Shown here one piece after another: positions 40,059 to 51,912 of a DNA stretch of 64,000 bases (position 1 is its first letter; the number at the start of each line of letters is the position of its first letter). The position numbers and the translations under genes were made by a program. Below the pieces are notes generated by a model, which searched no databases, was not told the origin of the DNA, and was given only the letters and a program-made list of their open reading frames with translations. Source of the DNA: Harriotta raleighana (Eukaryota); contig JBNZDD010013712.1 in the NCBI GenBank assembly GCA_050575255.1, positions 3,415,136-3,479,135 on the forward strand, written 5' to 3'.

Positions 40059-40783
40059 GTCAAGCAGCCGAGATTGTGATCTGTATAAATGGTTCTCGCA
40101 GTGGGAGAGTTGGTCACCCTGTCTCTGCCAGGTCGATGGATGATGCGCTTCCCAACAGGGGCCAGCCTCCCCCTCTTCCCCTAAAGAAAGTGGGAAATAG
40201 AACAACCTCCGCACCCGACTGCTCAACTTGGAGGGACTTATCACCAAGGAGAGCCAATACCTCTTCCAGCAGCAGCCACCTGAACGTCAGTGTTTCTGAC
40301 AGTGTCCCCCATGGACATGAATGGGGCAGCTCAGATGAGTGCCACTTGTGTTCTCCCTCCAGCCTTTCAGACAGGCAGCATGTATTCTCTTCCTGTGAGT
40401 CGTTGGAGAAGTGTGTTCCTGGCTACATGCACAAAGCTCACAGTTCAGATGACAACTCCAACTCCGTTTCTTCCAATCAGATCAGCTTAGCTAATCAGAG
40501 CTCCTCAGTCTCGAATCTGCAGCTGCACAGACTCCTCAGTAACATGGACAGTAAGGAAGGGATGCATGCTAAGCTGGGAAGTCTGTACGCAGAGTCCCTC
40601 CGGCGACTGGCAGTCAAGTGTGAAGACTTCTTTATGCGGGGGCAGAAAACACAACTGCACTTCAATGAAAACAACTGGTCAGATTTCAAGCTAATATGTA
40701 ACCAGCCTTGCTGTGATGCTGGAGATGCTATTTACTATTCAGCAGCCTTTGCCAGGGACCCAGACAACCAATATGCGGTAAAG
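40059..40783 (+). CDS. PRAG1: PRAG1 coding exon 4 (Crk/14-3-3 motifs, SHED helix, start of kinase N-lobe)
   Basis: Acceptor ccttgcag|GT. Encodes PPPLPLKK, LQLHRLLSNMDSKEG, FNENNWSDFKL, CCDAGDAIYY and YAVK. Donor AAG|gtatgt, phase 0. Confidence 0.95.
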
Positions 40784-42166
40784 GTATGTACATCAGAGTC
40801 TAATCTACAGTATTCCTGAAGGGATTTCTTGATAAGAAATGTCAAATACACATTAATTATCAAATACACATTAATTGTAATTATCAAAACTTTGAATCTA
40901 TCCTTCGGCAGATTTCTAGGTTTTAGATATTCAATCATGGCACATTTCCAATTTTGAGATTTGTTAAGAAATACTGCAAGTTATATCTCACCGTTGACAT
41001 TGCTAATGAGTTAAACAGAGTAAATTCCATACCATGAATCTGCAGCGTTTGGTCAAAGTCCCAAATGGGGCAAATTTACATTTGATAAAGAAACGGTTGG
41101 AGTGGGGAGAGAACAATTTGTTTATTCATCATTTGGGATCTGCAGGATCTTAGTCCCCAAAGATGTGCTCCACATTTGCTGTACCAATAAGCAACCCCAT
41201 TGGCAGTGTGAGCTGTGCTGTGAAATGAGGTCCATGACGTGACAGAGAAATCATGTACTTTACTGTTGAGAAAGAATGATTACACTACAAGATTGTTTCT
41301 TTGAACTCCGTAACACTTTTCATGATGCTGTAATTAAACGTAATTACAAAAATAAGTTTGAAAAGGCACAAGCTTTACACTACTGAGCTCTGACTCTGCA
41401 GACAATTTGGTAAAACTGCTTAATTTTATTGTGTGGCATTTCTAAGTCATTGCTCCAGACACATTTAATTCCAGCGAATAGTTGACAGTTATGAATTGAT
41501 GAGAGAATTATAGAAAGGTTATGCTGCAGAGGGCCATTTAGCTCATTGTGTATGTGCTAGGAGTAACTCCTTCTTATGAGTTACCCACTTGCTCTTTCTA
41601 AGCGCATTACATTTCCTCAGTCATTTGACTTTTAAAGCTATTATGAATTTAGTTTCAAGTTGTGATAAAGATTTCTAAAACGCCTGCGGTAGAATATGCA
41701 TTTTGCTCCTATTTCTGGATTTCAACCAATAGACTAGACTATAAATATTAAACAAAAAAAAACCTTAAAGTATGCTCTGGAGCTTGCCATTTATAATCAT
41801 TGCGTTCGTCATATATTAAAAAAAGACAATTGATTCATAAAAGGAATTAAGTTACTGGGAGGGCGTGACATGATGCCACCTGGTGGTGTTAATTAACATT
41901 GACAATAGGTGGTACTTCAACTTCACTGTCATCCTTATAATAATAATAATATAATTATTGGGATATCTCAAAGCGTTTCACAGAATATACTATAAAGTGA
42001 ATTGACTGCATATTTTGTGGGTGAATACTGTGTGCGCATCAGTAAGCCCTTCAATTCTCAAAACAGTGTGAAGTCTCAGCTGCCAGGTCCTTGTACTGTA
42101 CCTGGTATTAAGCATCAGTTAATGGAATATGGAGGGAATCTTATTTCTGGAATTTTCTCCCGACAG

Positions 42167-43267
42167 GTCTGTAAAAACTATGGTGCGGATTCTCATCAAG
42201 CCCATTTCTACAGTCTCTCTGTGCAGCAGAACCTCTCGGCCCATTTCAACATCCAGCAAGACTGTGGCTATTTCATAGCCTCTGTTCCCCCGAGCATGCT
42301 ACCACGAGATGAAGAAGCCACTGCTCTCCAGGATGGGAGGACCACAGACGGAAATGACCAGAGTAATGCTAACACCAGTCTTCCCGATCTGAGCAGTTCA
42401 GTGACAGACAGGGTGGTTGTTATAACCCGGGAGGTTCCTCATCAGACAGCAGCAGACTGTGCCCGCGAGTGGCTACAAATCCACAGATCACGGCCAGATG
42501 ACTACGAGCGCTGGGTATGTCTGCTTCTACTGCAGCTCTGCAATGGTCTGGAGCATCTGAAGGAGCGTAATGTCACACACTGCGATCTCTGCTTGGAGAA
42601 CCTACTGCTGGTTCACTGCAGACCTGGTAAGAGGCATTTTGAGAGCAAGAAAGATCGCCTGAGCCAAGTCCGCCTGTCCCGGCTTATTATAAGCAACTTC
42701 TTAAAAGCTAAGCAAAAGCCTGTGGCAAATGATGCTAGGCTCAGACGTGATCAAGCTCGCTTGGCCCCTGAAATCGTGTCTGCGTCTCAGTACAAAAAGT
42801 TTGACGAATTTCAGACGGGGATTCTCATTTATGAACTTTTACACCAGCCAAATCCTTTCGAGGTAAATCCAAAGCTCAGGGAGCAGGAGTACAATTTAGA
42901 CGACCTTCCCTCAATCCCCAGAGCATCGCTCTACTCCAAAGGTCTGCAATATCTGGTCCAACTACTGCTGGAAGCAGATCCCATCAAACGCATCCATATC
43001 TCAGAAGCCAAACGAATATTGCAGTGCCTACTTTGGGGCCCACGGAAAGACCTCATGGAACAGAAATTAACGAGCAAAGAGATGGCTTATGGCGTTTTGC
43101 AGAATTGGCTTGATGTGAAGCGAGCGCTGCTCATGATAAAGTTTGCAGAACGTTCCTTGAGCCCTGAGCACAGGGTGGAGCTGGAGGACTGGCTCTGTTG
43201 CCAATACTTTGCGTTCGCGAGTCCCGACTCCCTGTATCACACAGCACGTCTTCTGCACCTTCTGTAA
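42167..43267 (+). CDS. PRAG1: PRAG1 final coding exon (pseudokinase domain and C-terminal SHED helices)
   Basis: Acceptor cccgacag|GTC. Encodes HFNIQQDCG, HCDLCLENLLL, SNFLKAKQK (NFL in place of DFG, the PRAG1 state), RLAPEIVSASQY, LEADPIKRI and LEDWLCCQY. Stop TAA ends at 43267. The joined CDS is 4374 nt, a multiple of 3. Confidence 0.97.
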   Translation, partial: VCKNYGADSHQAHFYSLSVQQNLSAHFNIQQDCGYFIASVPPSMLPRDEEATALQDGRTTDGNDQSNANTSLPDLSSSVTDRVVVITREVPHQTAADCAREWLQIHRSRPDDYERWVCLLLLQLCNGLEHLKERNVTHCDLCLENLLLVHCRPGKRHFESKKDRLSQVRLSRLIISNFLKAKQKPVANDARLRRDQARLAPEIVSASQYKKFDEFQTGILIYELLHQPNPFEVNPKLREQEYNLDDLPSIPRASLYSKGLQYLVQLLLEADPIKRIHISEAKRILQCLLWGPRKDLMEQKLTSKEMAYGVLQNWLDVKRALLMIKFAERSLSPEHRVELEDWLCCQYFAFASPDSLYHTARLLHLL

Positions 43268-43559
43268 CCCGTGAAACAACGGCTCTGAACCACTGCTTCC
43301 ACATTCAGCAATGTATTCACTGAAGATTTGCACAGCGGAGCAGTCGCAGTCTGACAGTCGGGCAATTTGTCAGCCCTGCAGACAGGATTTCCCTCTCCTG
43401 CCATATGTTTGAGAAGTGTACATAGATTCTATATTTAAACAGATGTATAAATTGAAATACAAGACTGTTGAATTGTTTAAACATTTCTTGATGAATTATT
43501 TAAATTTAAGCTAGTTTAGTTTGAAGAATGAATAACAGAGGAACATCTTACTTTTTAAC

Positions 43560-44283
43560 CTCTAGTCGGTAGAGTGGCTGCTCGGAGCAGCACTTAGCCA
43601 CAGACCCGGAGATTGCAGGTCGATGCCCGCTGGTCTGTGTTGGGTTGACAGAAATCAGCCAAGGCTGCATTTGAGGTACTAGAACTGGCCTCAATGCTAA
43701 TAGGTTTGAAAAGGGGATATCACCCAGAGTTTCTGAGCGCTATCCAGGGCGCTATCTCACTAGTCATCAGGGCCTCCGTGTCAGGTCTTGTTAACTATTC
43801 AAGCCAAAGCCCTAATGGGTAGGTCCTAGCTGGACAAACTTCGGGAAAGCTTGTCAGATTTCAATATCAAAGGCAAATGTCTCGTTGGATGGACTCCAGC
43901 AGTATCCCCAATGCACATTTTGTGGTCCACAAGCATTGGTTTTTTCCAACCTGCACCTAATACTTTACGGAAGAGAGTGCAAATTGCATTTGAACAATCT
44001 ATCTCTTGGATTTCCATGTGTAGGTGGGATGCATGGAAATCTCAGTTTAGCCTCGATAATCTTAAACCTGGTGATGGGATTCTGTATGTCAGACAACTGG
44101 CTAACCAAACATTGATCCAGTGATCCCTGATAGGTCAGGCTGGGTGAGGATAGGATGTGACTTGGCTTTCCACAGGAAAATCACCTGCCAATATATATTC
44201 ACGTGAGGAACAGTCACTTGGAAAGTATTGGGGGGTTGTACCCTAGCCAGGTCTGAGCCTTCAGGAGGCGAGGAGAGAAGAAA
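43560..44283 (+). mobile_element. Ancient AmnSINE2-like SINE just 3' of the PRAG1 stop, split by about 360 bp of other sequence
   Basis: 5' part AGCCACAGACC..G...GGTCTGTGTTGGGTT...AACTGGCCTCAATG...CGCTATCCAG (to about 43750). 3' part GTGAGGATAGGAT...GTACCCTAGC...GCCTTCAGGAG..GAGGAGAGAA (44110-44283). Matched from memory of the consensus only. Confidence 0.5.
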
Positions 44284-45075
44284 ATACAACTCAAATTTAT
44301 TTGCATAACATATGCTCTTCTGCATTCTTAAATAATTGACTGCTGAATGAATTAATTCCTGCTTATTTTGGAGTTTTTTTTTTTCACACCTCATATTTTA
44401 TTAAACGCGTTCTGGTTTAGAATGGTGAGAAATGCTATATCTGGAAACACTTCCTCCCATTAACACTCGAGGTCCTCCCATTATGATCCAGACCTGGGGC
44501 CAAAACAGGAAGCAGCTGCAAATTCTGTTGGAATACACAGAAATCCTGGATATTGTGGGATAGAGGGGTGCGTAGAAGCTTGTGCACTCCAGTTTCTGAA
44601 TTGTCTGAATCTATGTCAATGGATCTGCTGTGTCACACTGCCACACGTGTCATTATCCTCCGTTACCTTCTAATGGCTGTACATTTCAGGATGATCAGAG
44701 AATAAAGCGGAAATTGACTGAGACAAGATTACCGAGCTCCCTCCTGCCATCTGGTTAACAGGGTTATTATCTTTCGCATCTGACATGGAGTATGCCAGGC
44801 ATCAGAGAGCTTGGCAAGGTTTGACACGATTGAATGAATTCACCTGTTCTATGCCTTGGTTTTGAACCTTGCTTCCTTCCACTGCCAGGAGAGAACACAT
44901 CTCCTCATATCCTTCCTGGCTCCCCAAAGCTGCATTCCAAACCACTTCCTCCTGGACTCAATCCTCTCTGAATATTCTGGTCTCCCAAAATAGGCAGATC
45001 ATCTTTTGCTTCTCAGCCTAACTCTCTCAGCAGCAGGAACTTTGAACCTGGCTATTTTATGATCCTGGTTGCATG

Positions 45076-45235
45076 ATATCCACGACTGTTTGTGGGACAC
45101 TGCTGTGTGCAATTGGCTGCTGTGTTTCGACCACAAATATACAGTCAATTCACTTTACAGTATATTCTGTGAAGCGCTTTGAGACGTCGATAAGATGTGA
45201 AAAGTGCTATATCAAATGCAAGGATTATTATTAAT
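45076..45235 (+). mobile_element. Same SINE family, well-preserved 3' half
   Basis: Core and tail very close to the other well-preserved copies. Confidence 0.85.
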
Positions 45236-48200
45236 TATTATCCATGCTACCATGGATGGATAGAGAAAAGGGTGCTGGGCAGCAATGCTCAATGTCACTC
45301 AGAGAAAGGCTGGAAAGAGAAACAGAGAACTGCGGCTGGAGGAAACTTGGAAGCTGTGTGGATGAGGGTGAAATAATCAACAAGCAATCAAGAAATTGAA
45401 TGAGTGTTAAATAGAAAAAGATATTTGACACATGCAGTTTACATGTAACTTGGTATTTGATTCATGTACAGTACAGCGAGTATATTTATATCCGTTACAT
45501 ATACTGTAATGCTGATGGGATGTATACACATTACTCTGATAACTGATGCATATAGAGTGTGCGTTGATATCTAATACTTTGCAGTGTATGTATACTCTAA
45601 TGTGTTGTACGTACATTTTGATATCTAATTTGTGTAGTTTAATACACTCAGATATCAATGTGTTGTACATACTCTGTGAAATGTAAATGCAAGTAGTTCA
45701 CATGTAGTGATACTCATTGAATGCTATCTGATAGCTGTGGAATATATACTTGTGAATTTGAAGTAATCATTTCCAGTTTTGAGACCATATGGATTTCTTG
45801 ACAGTTTGATATCTACGTAACAGTCAAACATCAAACAAAATACACAGAATACAAGAAATGTTGCGAGATAACTCGGGTTCCTTCTGTTCTTGTTTCCTTT
45901 GCTTCTCTTGTTTATTCCTATAATTATAAGTTGCTAAAAGATCCATCTGACAACTTTGAGTGGTTCTTCACCCAAAGTCATAGTTTAATATCTTTGGGCA
46001 TATCACTTTGGGTATCCATGTATATACACTACATCTCACTAAAGCTAGTCCGGAAACATGGCATCTTGTTCGATCCTCAAATATCCTTTCTACCTCACAT
46101 CTATGTCATGACCCGCATCCTGGTGTGTGTCCTGCAATTGGTATTTGCAGTCTTAATCCTTACATCCTATTATTTTGATGTCTTGGTGCATCTAAAAATA
46201 TTTTTCTGAGTTTACTTTCCCAATCTCACTTAAATTTAATATACCTCATAAAAAATCCTCTGTGGGTTTTATATGAGATATGGATCATAGTTCTAACACT
46301 GGGGATCATTCTTGTTGCTCTATTCTGCACTGATTCCAGGCCTAGACAGCTCTCCCTTGACGTGTTCTGACAGAAATCGTTGCAGTGTTGTGATATATAG
46401 GCTGAGTAAAGTATCAAAGTTTACTGCAGTCTGAATATTAGGAAGTAGGCTCTTGAACAGTCTGACCCTTTACTTCCCGGAATTTTATATAAAATGATTT
46501 GTAAACATTTGAAATTTGTACAGAGGGCTGAGGATTCTATTTTAAATATACAGAACCTTAAAGCTCATGTTATAATTTGTTGTAATGGTTCTCCCAAGGC
46601 TTTTGCTTGCTCAGCAGTGTAAATGGAGCTGTTTCTTAACCGGATTTCTTAACAAGGACTCTGAATGGTGTGAAGGGAATTTCCTTATAGTCATAAGAAG
46701 TACATCTTGCTGCCCAGTGAGAGCTCTGTTTAAATCTTCTTCCAGAGCAAATCTTAAGTATGACAATTTTTCTGTAAGTTTTCTTTGAAAACATTTACAA
46801 AAATCAATTGCGAAATCTAAATAATGATTCGACTAAGTAGGATTATAGGCCTTCTGTTTGTTCAGTGGCTCCAGAAAGCTATATTCTTTGCACTCATGTG
46901 TAAATATGTTTCAAGAGGCAACTCAGTGTTGTTGAAGCAAAATACTACCTATGCTGGAAATTTGGAATAAACACAAGTCATTGATCTGAAACTCACTTTC
47001 CTCTCTCCATAGATGTTGCCTGACCAGCTGAGTGTTCTCAGTGACTTCTGTTTTTATTCCAGTATAGTTTAGTTAATTTAACATACAGTGGAAAGGGATT
47101 CCATTGCTTAGAGCTTGCGTTGCAGAAAGAGATGAAGGCTATTTTAAACACAGTGCCTGTCTCCATGCTGCACAATGTGGCTCAGTATCAGCCTCCATTA
47201 TTATATTGCACACTGTGGTCCAGTGTCAAGGAAAAAGTTTAAATCATAAGGGAGATCATTGGTGAATGAACTGACAGATTTGGGAGGGAAAATAGGGCTT
47301 TGTGACTATGAAACAGCACCCTACACCTTCAGCAATTTCCTTTTCAACTCAGTTGATGGACTTTTCAGTTCAAAAGTTTATTTGGGACATTTTAGTTTCC
47401 TCAGTATAGCACCTGTGCTTAGCATAGCATTTCTGTCTGTGGTTAATAACTACTGTGAATAAAATCATTTGGTTAAATTGGAAAAAAAAAAGGCTGGTGT
47501 CATATTGTAATTCTACCTTCTGAAAGAGTTGATTGAATGAAATAATAATTCTTGCATTTGATATAGAGTCTTTAACTTTGGGAGGACATCTCAAAGCGCT
47601 TCACAGAATTTATTGTGTCTAGTGTTATTGATGAAGCAATAACAATCAGACTACATTTATATGGTGCCTTTCACATTGGGAGGACAACCCAATATGCTGG
47701 ACAATCAGTGCTTCAGACCTGAGCCTGGGGTCAGGAGGTAAAGGGGTAAGGAGCTAACGAGGAGGGTTCATAAACATTGCTTAGAGCCTAGAGGTCTTGA
47801 AGGATGCAAGGGATGGGACGAGGCGGAGGGACAACAACAACAACAACTTCAATTTATATAGCGCCCTCCACGCCGGATGGCGTCTCAGGATGGGGGCAAC
47901 AGGATGGAGTTCCAAAGGATGGGGGCAGAGGTTCCTGACTGGCTTGGTGAGGTGAAGTGTGCAACTATGGAGGTTGATGCAGAGAGATAGAGTTGGGTGT
48001 CATCCACATACATGCCATCCCTCCTCTCTGCAGCCCTTCAGCCCTACCCCGCCGCTCCCCCATGCTCGGGTTCCGACCCCTGACTGTGAAAGTCGCTCTA
48101 TAAATGTAATTTTATTGTTCTTGTTGTGACTATTTTTACTTGTATCAAATCATCGGCCAGGGTAATGAAACACATCCGCCTCATTTGAATAATGAATATT

Positions 48201-48591
48201 CCTCACTGCTGATGGCAGACCAGCCCCACTGAAAGCCAAAACCCTAAAAGGTGCGATGAATGTAGCTGGACAATAATAATCCACGCAGCAATGTCCCACA
48301 TGCATTTGTTAATTGAGTGACCAAATTATCTTTATTAATTATAAAGGGATTGATACCCCCAGAAAGCGACCCACCAATCAACTAACAAGCGGGTTCCTAT
48401 TTACTCTTAGGTAAACAGAGAAGTGTGTGGAGAATGGAAACTTGCGTAAGGTGGGAAAGCTTGCCAGGTAGTGCTATCAATGGCAAGTTATGCGGTTTTA
48501 GCTAGTTGTAATAATAACAATAAGAACAACAACAAAATTATATTTGTATAGCGCTATTCACATCCGGATATGATGATAAAAATCCTTGCAT

Positions 48592-48973
48592 TTATAATAA
48601 TAATCCTTGCATTTTGATATCATGCTTTTCACGTCTTCTAGATGTTTCAAAGGGCTTCACAGAATGTACTGTTAAGTGAATTGACTGTATATTTGAGGGT
48701 GAAACGCAGCAGCCAATTGCGCACAGCAGTGTCCCACAAACAGTCATGGATTGAAATGACCAATTTTATTATTGTGGGTTTTTTGAGGGATTATAATTAG
48801 GCATTTAGGGTAAAAAAAAACTTGCCCAAGGTTTTNACAGTCATGGATTGAAATGACCAATTTTATTATTGTGGGTTTTTTGAGGGATTATAATTAGGCA
48901 TTTAGGGTTTCGCCTTGACACAGGTCTCACACTCGTAAGGCGAATGCTCTAACCACTGAGCTACAGGACTCCA
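48592..48973 (-). mobile_element. Same SINE family, full length, with an n-separated internal duplication
   Basis: Head ends at 48973; tail is (AAT)n. Confidence 0.85.
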
Positions 48974-49164
48974 CAATGATATTGATATCAAAAGCAAGGA
49001 TTATTATTATATGGTGCCTTTGAGACATTTCAAAGCGCTTCACACATTATACAGCAAACTTCATTTACTCTATATTTTGTGATTAATCTCCAGCAGTCCC
49101 CCATGGCATACACCTGTGCTTAATAATCTCTGGAATGCGCACACAATTCACTGGCAGCAACACA

Positions 49165-49170
49165 TTTATT
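49165..49170 (-). terminator. Candidate MBOAT4 polyadenylation signal (AATAAA)
   Basis: AATAAA on the - strand about 500 nt after the stop, followed by GT-rich sequence. An alternative AATAAA lies at 49392-49397. Confidence 0.4.
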
Positions 49171-49664
49171 GAAAAATGATTCAGTCCAGATATTGCTTAG
49201 ACACTAAACAGCAGTTTACATCACACACCTTGAATCAGCAGAGTGCTTCTAGTACACAGTAACAGCAAAAACAATAAATTGCATTGACATAGTGCCTTTC
49301 ACATCAGGAGGAAACCCAAAGACGCTGGACAATTTTAGAGGATAGAAAGTCTGAAAATTCCCCCTTGATTCTGAATTGCTAAACGCCACTATTTATTTCT
49401 CTGTAAATATAGAATGCAACAAAATCAATTTATACTTATAGGATTTTTCTACAAATTCACAGAAGATACCCTCGTGTAATTATATATTACACAGTATTAA
49501 GCTCAAATGTAAAACGTTCCAAAGCAAGAATTGACACTGCCTTGATTGTTTGGCTGAAAAGAATATAGTGTGAGCAATCTAACAAATTGGATGTTTACTT
49601 TCTGAGGAAACCTTCCCCGCAAGTTTAAAATGGGGAAAAGTTCAGTTCATTGCCTTTAATGTAG

Positions 49665-50640
49665 TCAAGTCGCAATAAACATTGCTACCAGCACCAGCAT
49701 GTACATTACCGGGCTGAGAATGGAGACAGACTTGCACATCATCAGCACAGACGTCAACGTTCTGAGCTCCACGGCTATCAAAATGTATGCAGTTATCAGC
49801 CGTGTTTGTATCCATGTAAATACTTTATAGACAATCAGTAGCAGCCTCGATTCCTTGGCGAGCGGCATGATATAATGGTGAATATGATAGTCGGCTTTTA
49901 CACTGCCAGCCCACAAAACAAACCCAAAGACTTGACCAGGGTGAAGGCCATGCCACCATGCGGAGAAGGCAAATGTTGCCAAAAGAGGGTGGACTTTGCT
50001 ACGCTGAAACACCATCCTTCTAAGCCAGTCGGCTGTGGTTTTGTTCCACGTTCGAGTGAACTCCGATATCTTATTAGTCGTCTCCAGTGTCCATATGTCA
50101 GCATCTGAGAGAACAAGGCAGACACCTCGCTCTCTCTTACTCTTTTCTTCAAAACCCAGGCCAACTAAGTTATTGAGAGATTCACTGAGGAGCCACTGAG
50201 AGTAATATGCTAACCTGAACATCAATGCTGTCATTGATATCAATAAAATATCCTTAGAAATATCAAAATACAAGAGCCCTTGATCGATTCCCTCTATGAC
50301 CCGAATACAATTTGTCAGAAACATTCTCAATCTGTCAAATATGAAAAACAATACGCACTTTTTGAAGAAAGGCCAGATGGAATTTGCATTTCTTTTTTGA
50401 TGAGACTTTTTGAGATTCTCGATGTGGATTTGAAACATTTTGAAGGAACACAGAGGTCCTCCGAGCAGGGCAGGGAAATATAATATGTAGCTGATGTATG
50501 GTAATAAGCAGCGGAGATGTTCAGAGGAGATGTGATGCTGCTGCATATTTGCAGTTGTGACTTTGCCTTCGTGAACATCCAAGGACAAAGACGTTATTCT
50601 CTGAATGAGCAGCATGAGTGATGAGAGAGCTATCAGGAAC
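49665..50640 (-). CDS. MBOAT4: MBOAT4 coding exon 3 (MBOAT catalytic region)
   Basis: Acceptor cacatag|G. Encodes LSSLMLLIQRITSLSLD, FPALLGGPLCSF, DADIWTLE, WNKTTA (conserved Asn) and FAFSAWWHGLHPGQVFGF (catalytic His codon at 49950-49952). Stop is TGA. The joined CDS is 1329 nt. Confidence 0.97.
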
Positions 50641-51177
50641 CTATGTGTGAAAAATGGACGGGTGTCATTAATTTATTTCTAGCAAAATATTACTTGCTTA
50701 AAATCCATTCACAAAAATCAATGCAAGATGTACTTTATACTGCACAACACTCTGCAAATTCACATTTATATTGTGCCTTTCATGTTAGAAGGATGTCCCA
50801 AAGCAAAACACTGCTGGCTGAGCGTCCTAGAGTCAATAATAATCCCTCAAAAAAAACAATAATACATTGGTCACTTCAATCCATAATTGTTTGTGGGACA
50901 CTGCTGTGCACAATTGGCTGCTGCGTTTTGCCCACAAATATAGTCAAGTGTATTCTGTGAAGCGCTTGATACATCTAGAAGATGTGCATAAAGCTTCCAG
51001 TGGTAGTCAGATGATCCTGGGTATCAATCTGGGACATCATGTGGTTACAGCTGGAAATGTGAAAAGACGGACTTAAAAGAACATCGTGTTACAATCAGGC
51101 AATCCTGGAGCCAGGAGATCGCAAGATCAAAACCAGGCAATTTTCCACTAAGCAGTAACAGGTAAGTATACACTTAC

Positions 51178-51402
51178 TTTGTATCTGTTGATTCCTGGAG
51201 ATAATAGTCTTTATAGTGAAGCCATAGGTGACATAGGGACAGCCAAGTCATCTGAGTGAAGAAGATCATTCTGTGAACAGCCGTGGGTCTGAGAGAGTAT
51301 AGCATCATCACAGAAGAAAGAGCAGGAATGAGCACGAGAGCAGCATAGGGTCCCATGGAAATGCACATGACCAGAAGTCCACCAAACACAAGGAATAAAT
51401 AC
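51178..51402 (-). CDS. MBOAT4: MBOAT4 coding exon 2
   Basis: Acceptor ctttccag|G. Encodes RYLFLVFGG...MGPYA...QMTWLSLCHLWLHYKDYYL, matching GOAT. 225 nt long; donor AA|gtaagt, phase 2. Confidence 0.93.
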
Positions 51403-51597
51403 CTGGAAAGTCATGGAAAATTCTGTTTAATATATTAAGGAAACACAGATTTTGTGATAGATTTAGAATTTCAATAACAACAACTTTGATTTATATCCAC
51501 GCCGGACGGCATCTCAGAGCGCTTAAAGCTCAGATTGTATTGCATTCATTATACTTGAATATGCTTAAGACACAAAATAAAGTGATTCAGGCCAGGT

Positions 51598-51912
51598 AGA
51601 GTCCTGTAGCTCAATGGTTAGAGCACTTGTCTTGCAAACGAGAGACTTGGGTTTGATTCCCAGCAGGACGAAACCTTGGGCAAGTTTCCTTACTCCATAT
51701 GCCTGGTAATAATCACTCGGGGAAAAAAAAAGAAATGATCATTTAAATCCATGACTGTTTGGAGGTCACCGCTGTGCGCAACTGACTGCCATGTTGCGCC
51801 CACAAACATACGGTCAATTTACTTTACAGTATATTCTGCGAAGCACTTTGAGACTCTGGAAGAATGTGAAAAGCGCCACATCAAATGCAAGGATTCTTAT
51901 TACTTATTATTA
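51598..51912 (+). mobile_element. Same SINE family, full length, in MBOAT4 intron 1
   Basis: Head, core and tail present. Confidence 0.85.

Noticed and set aside
42002-42166. N-terminal 55 codons of the 421-aa ORF
   Set aside because: Intronic read-through that starts in a SINE remnant. Homology begins at the acceptor at 42167.
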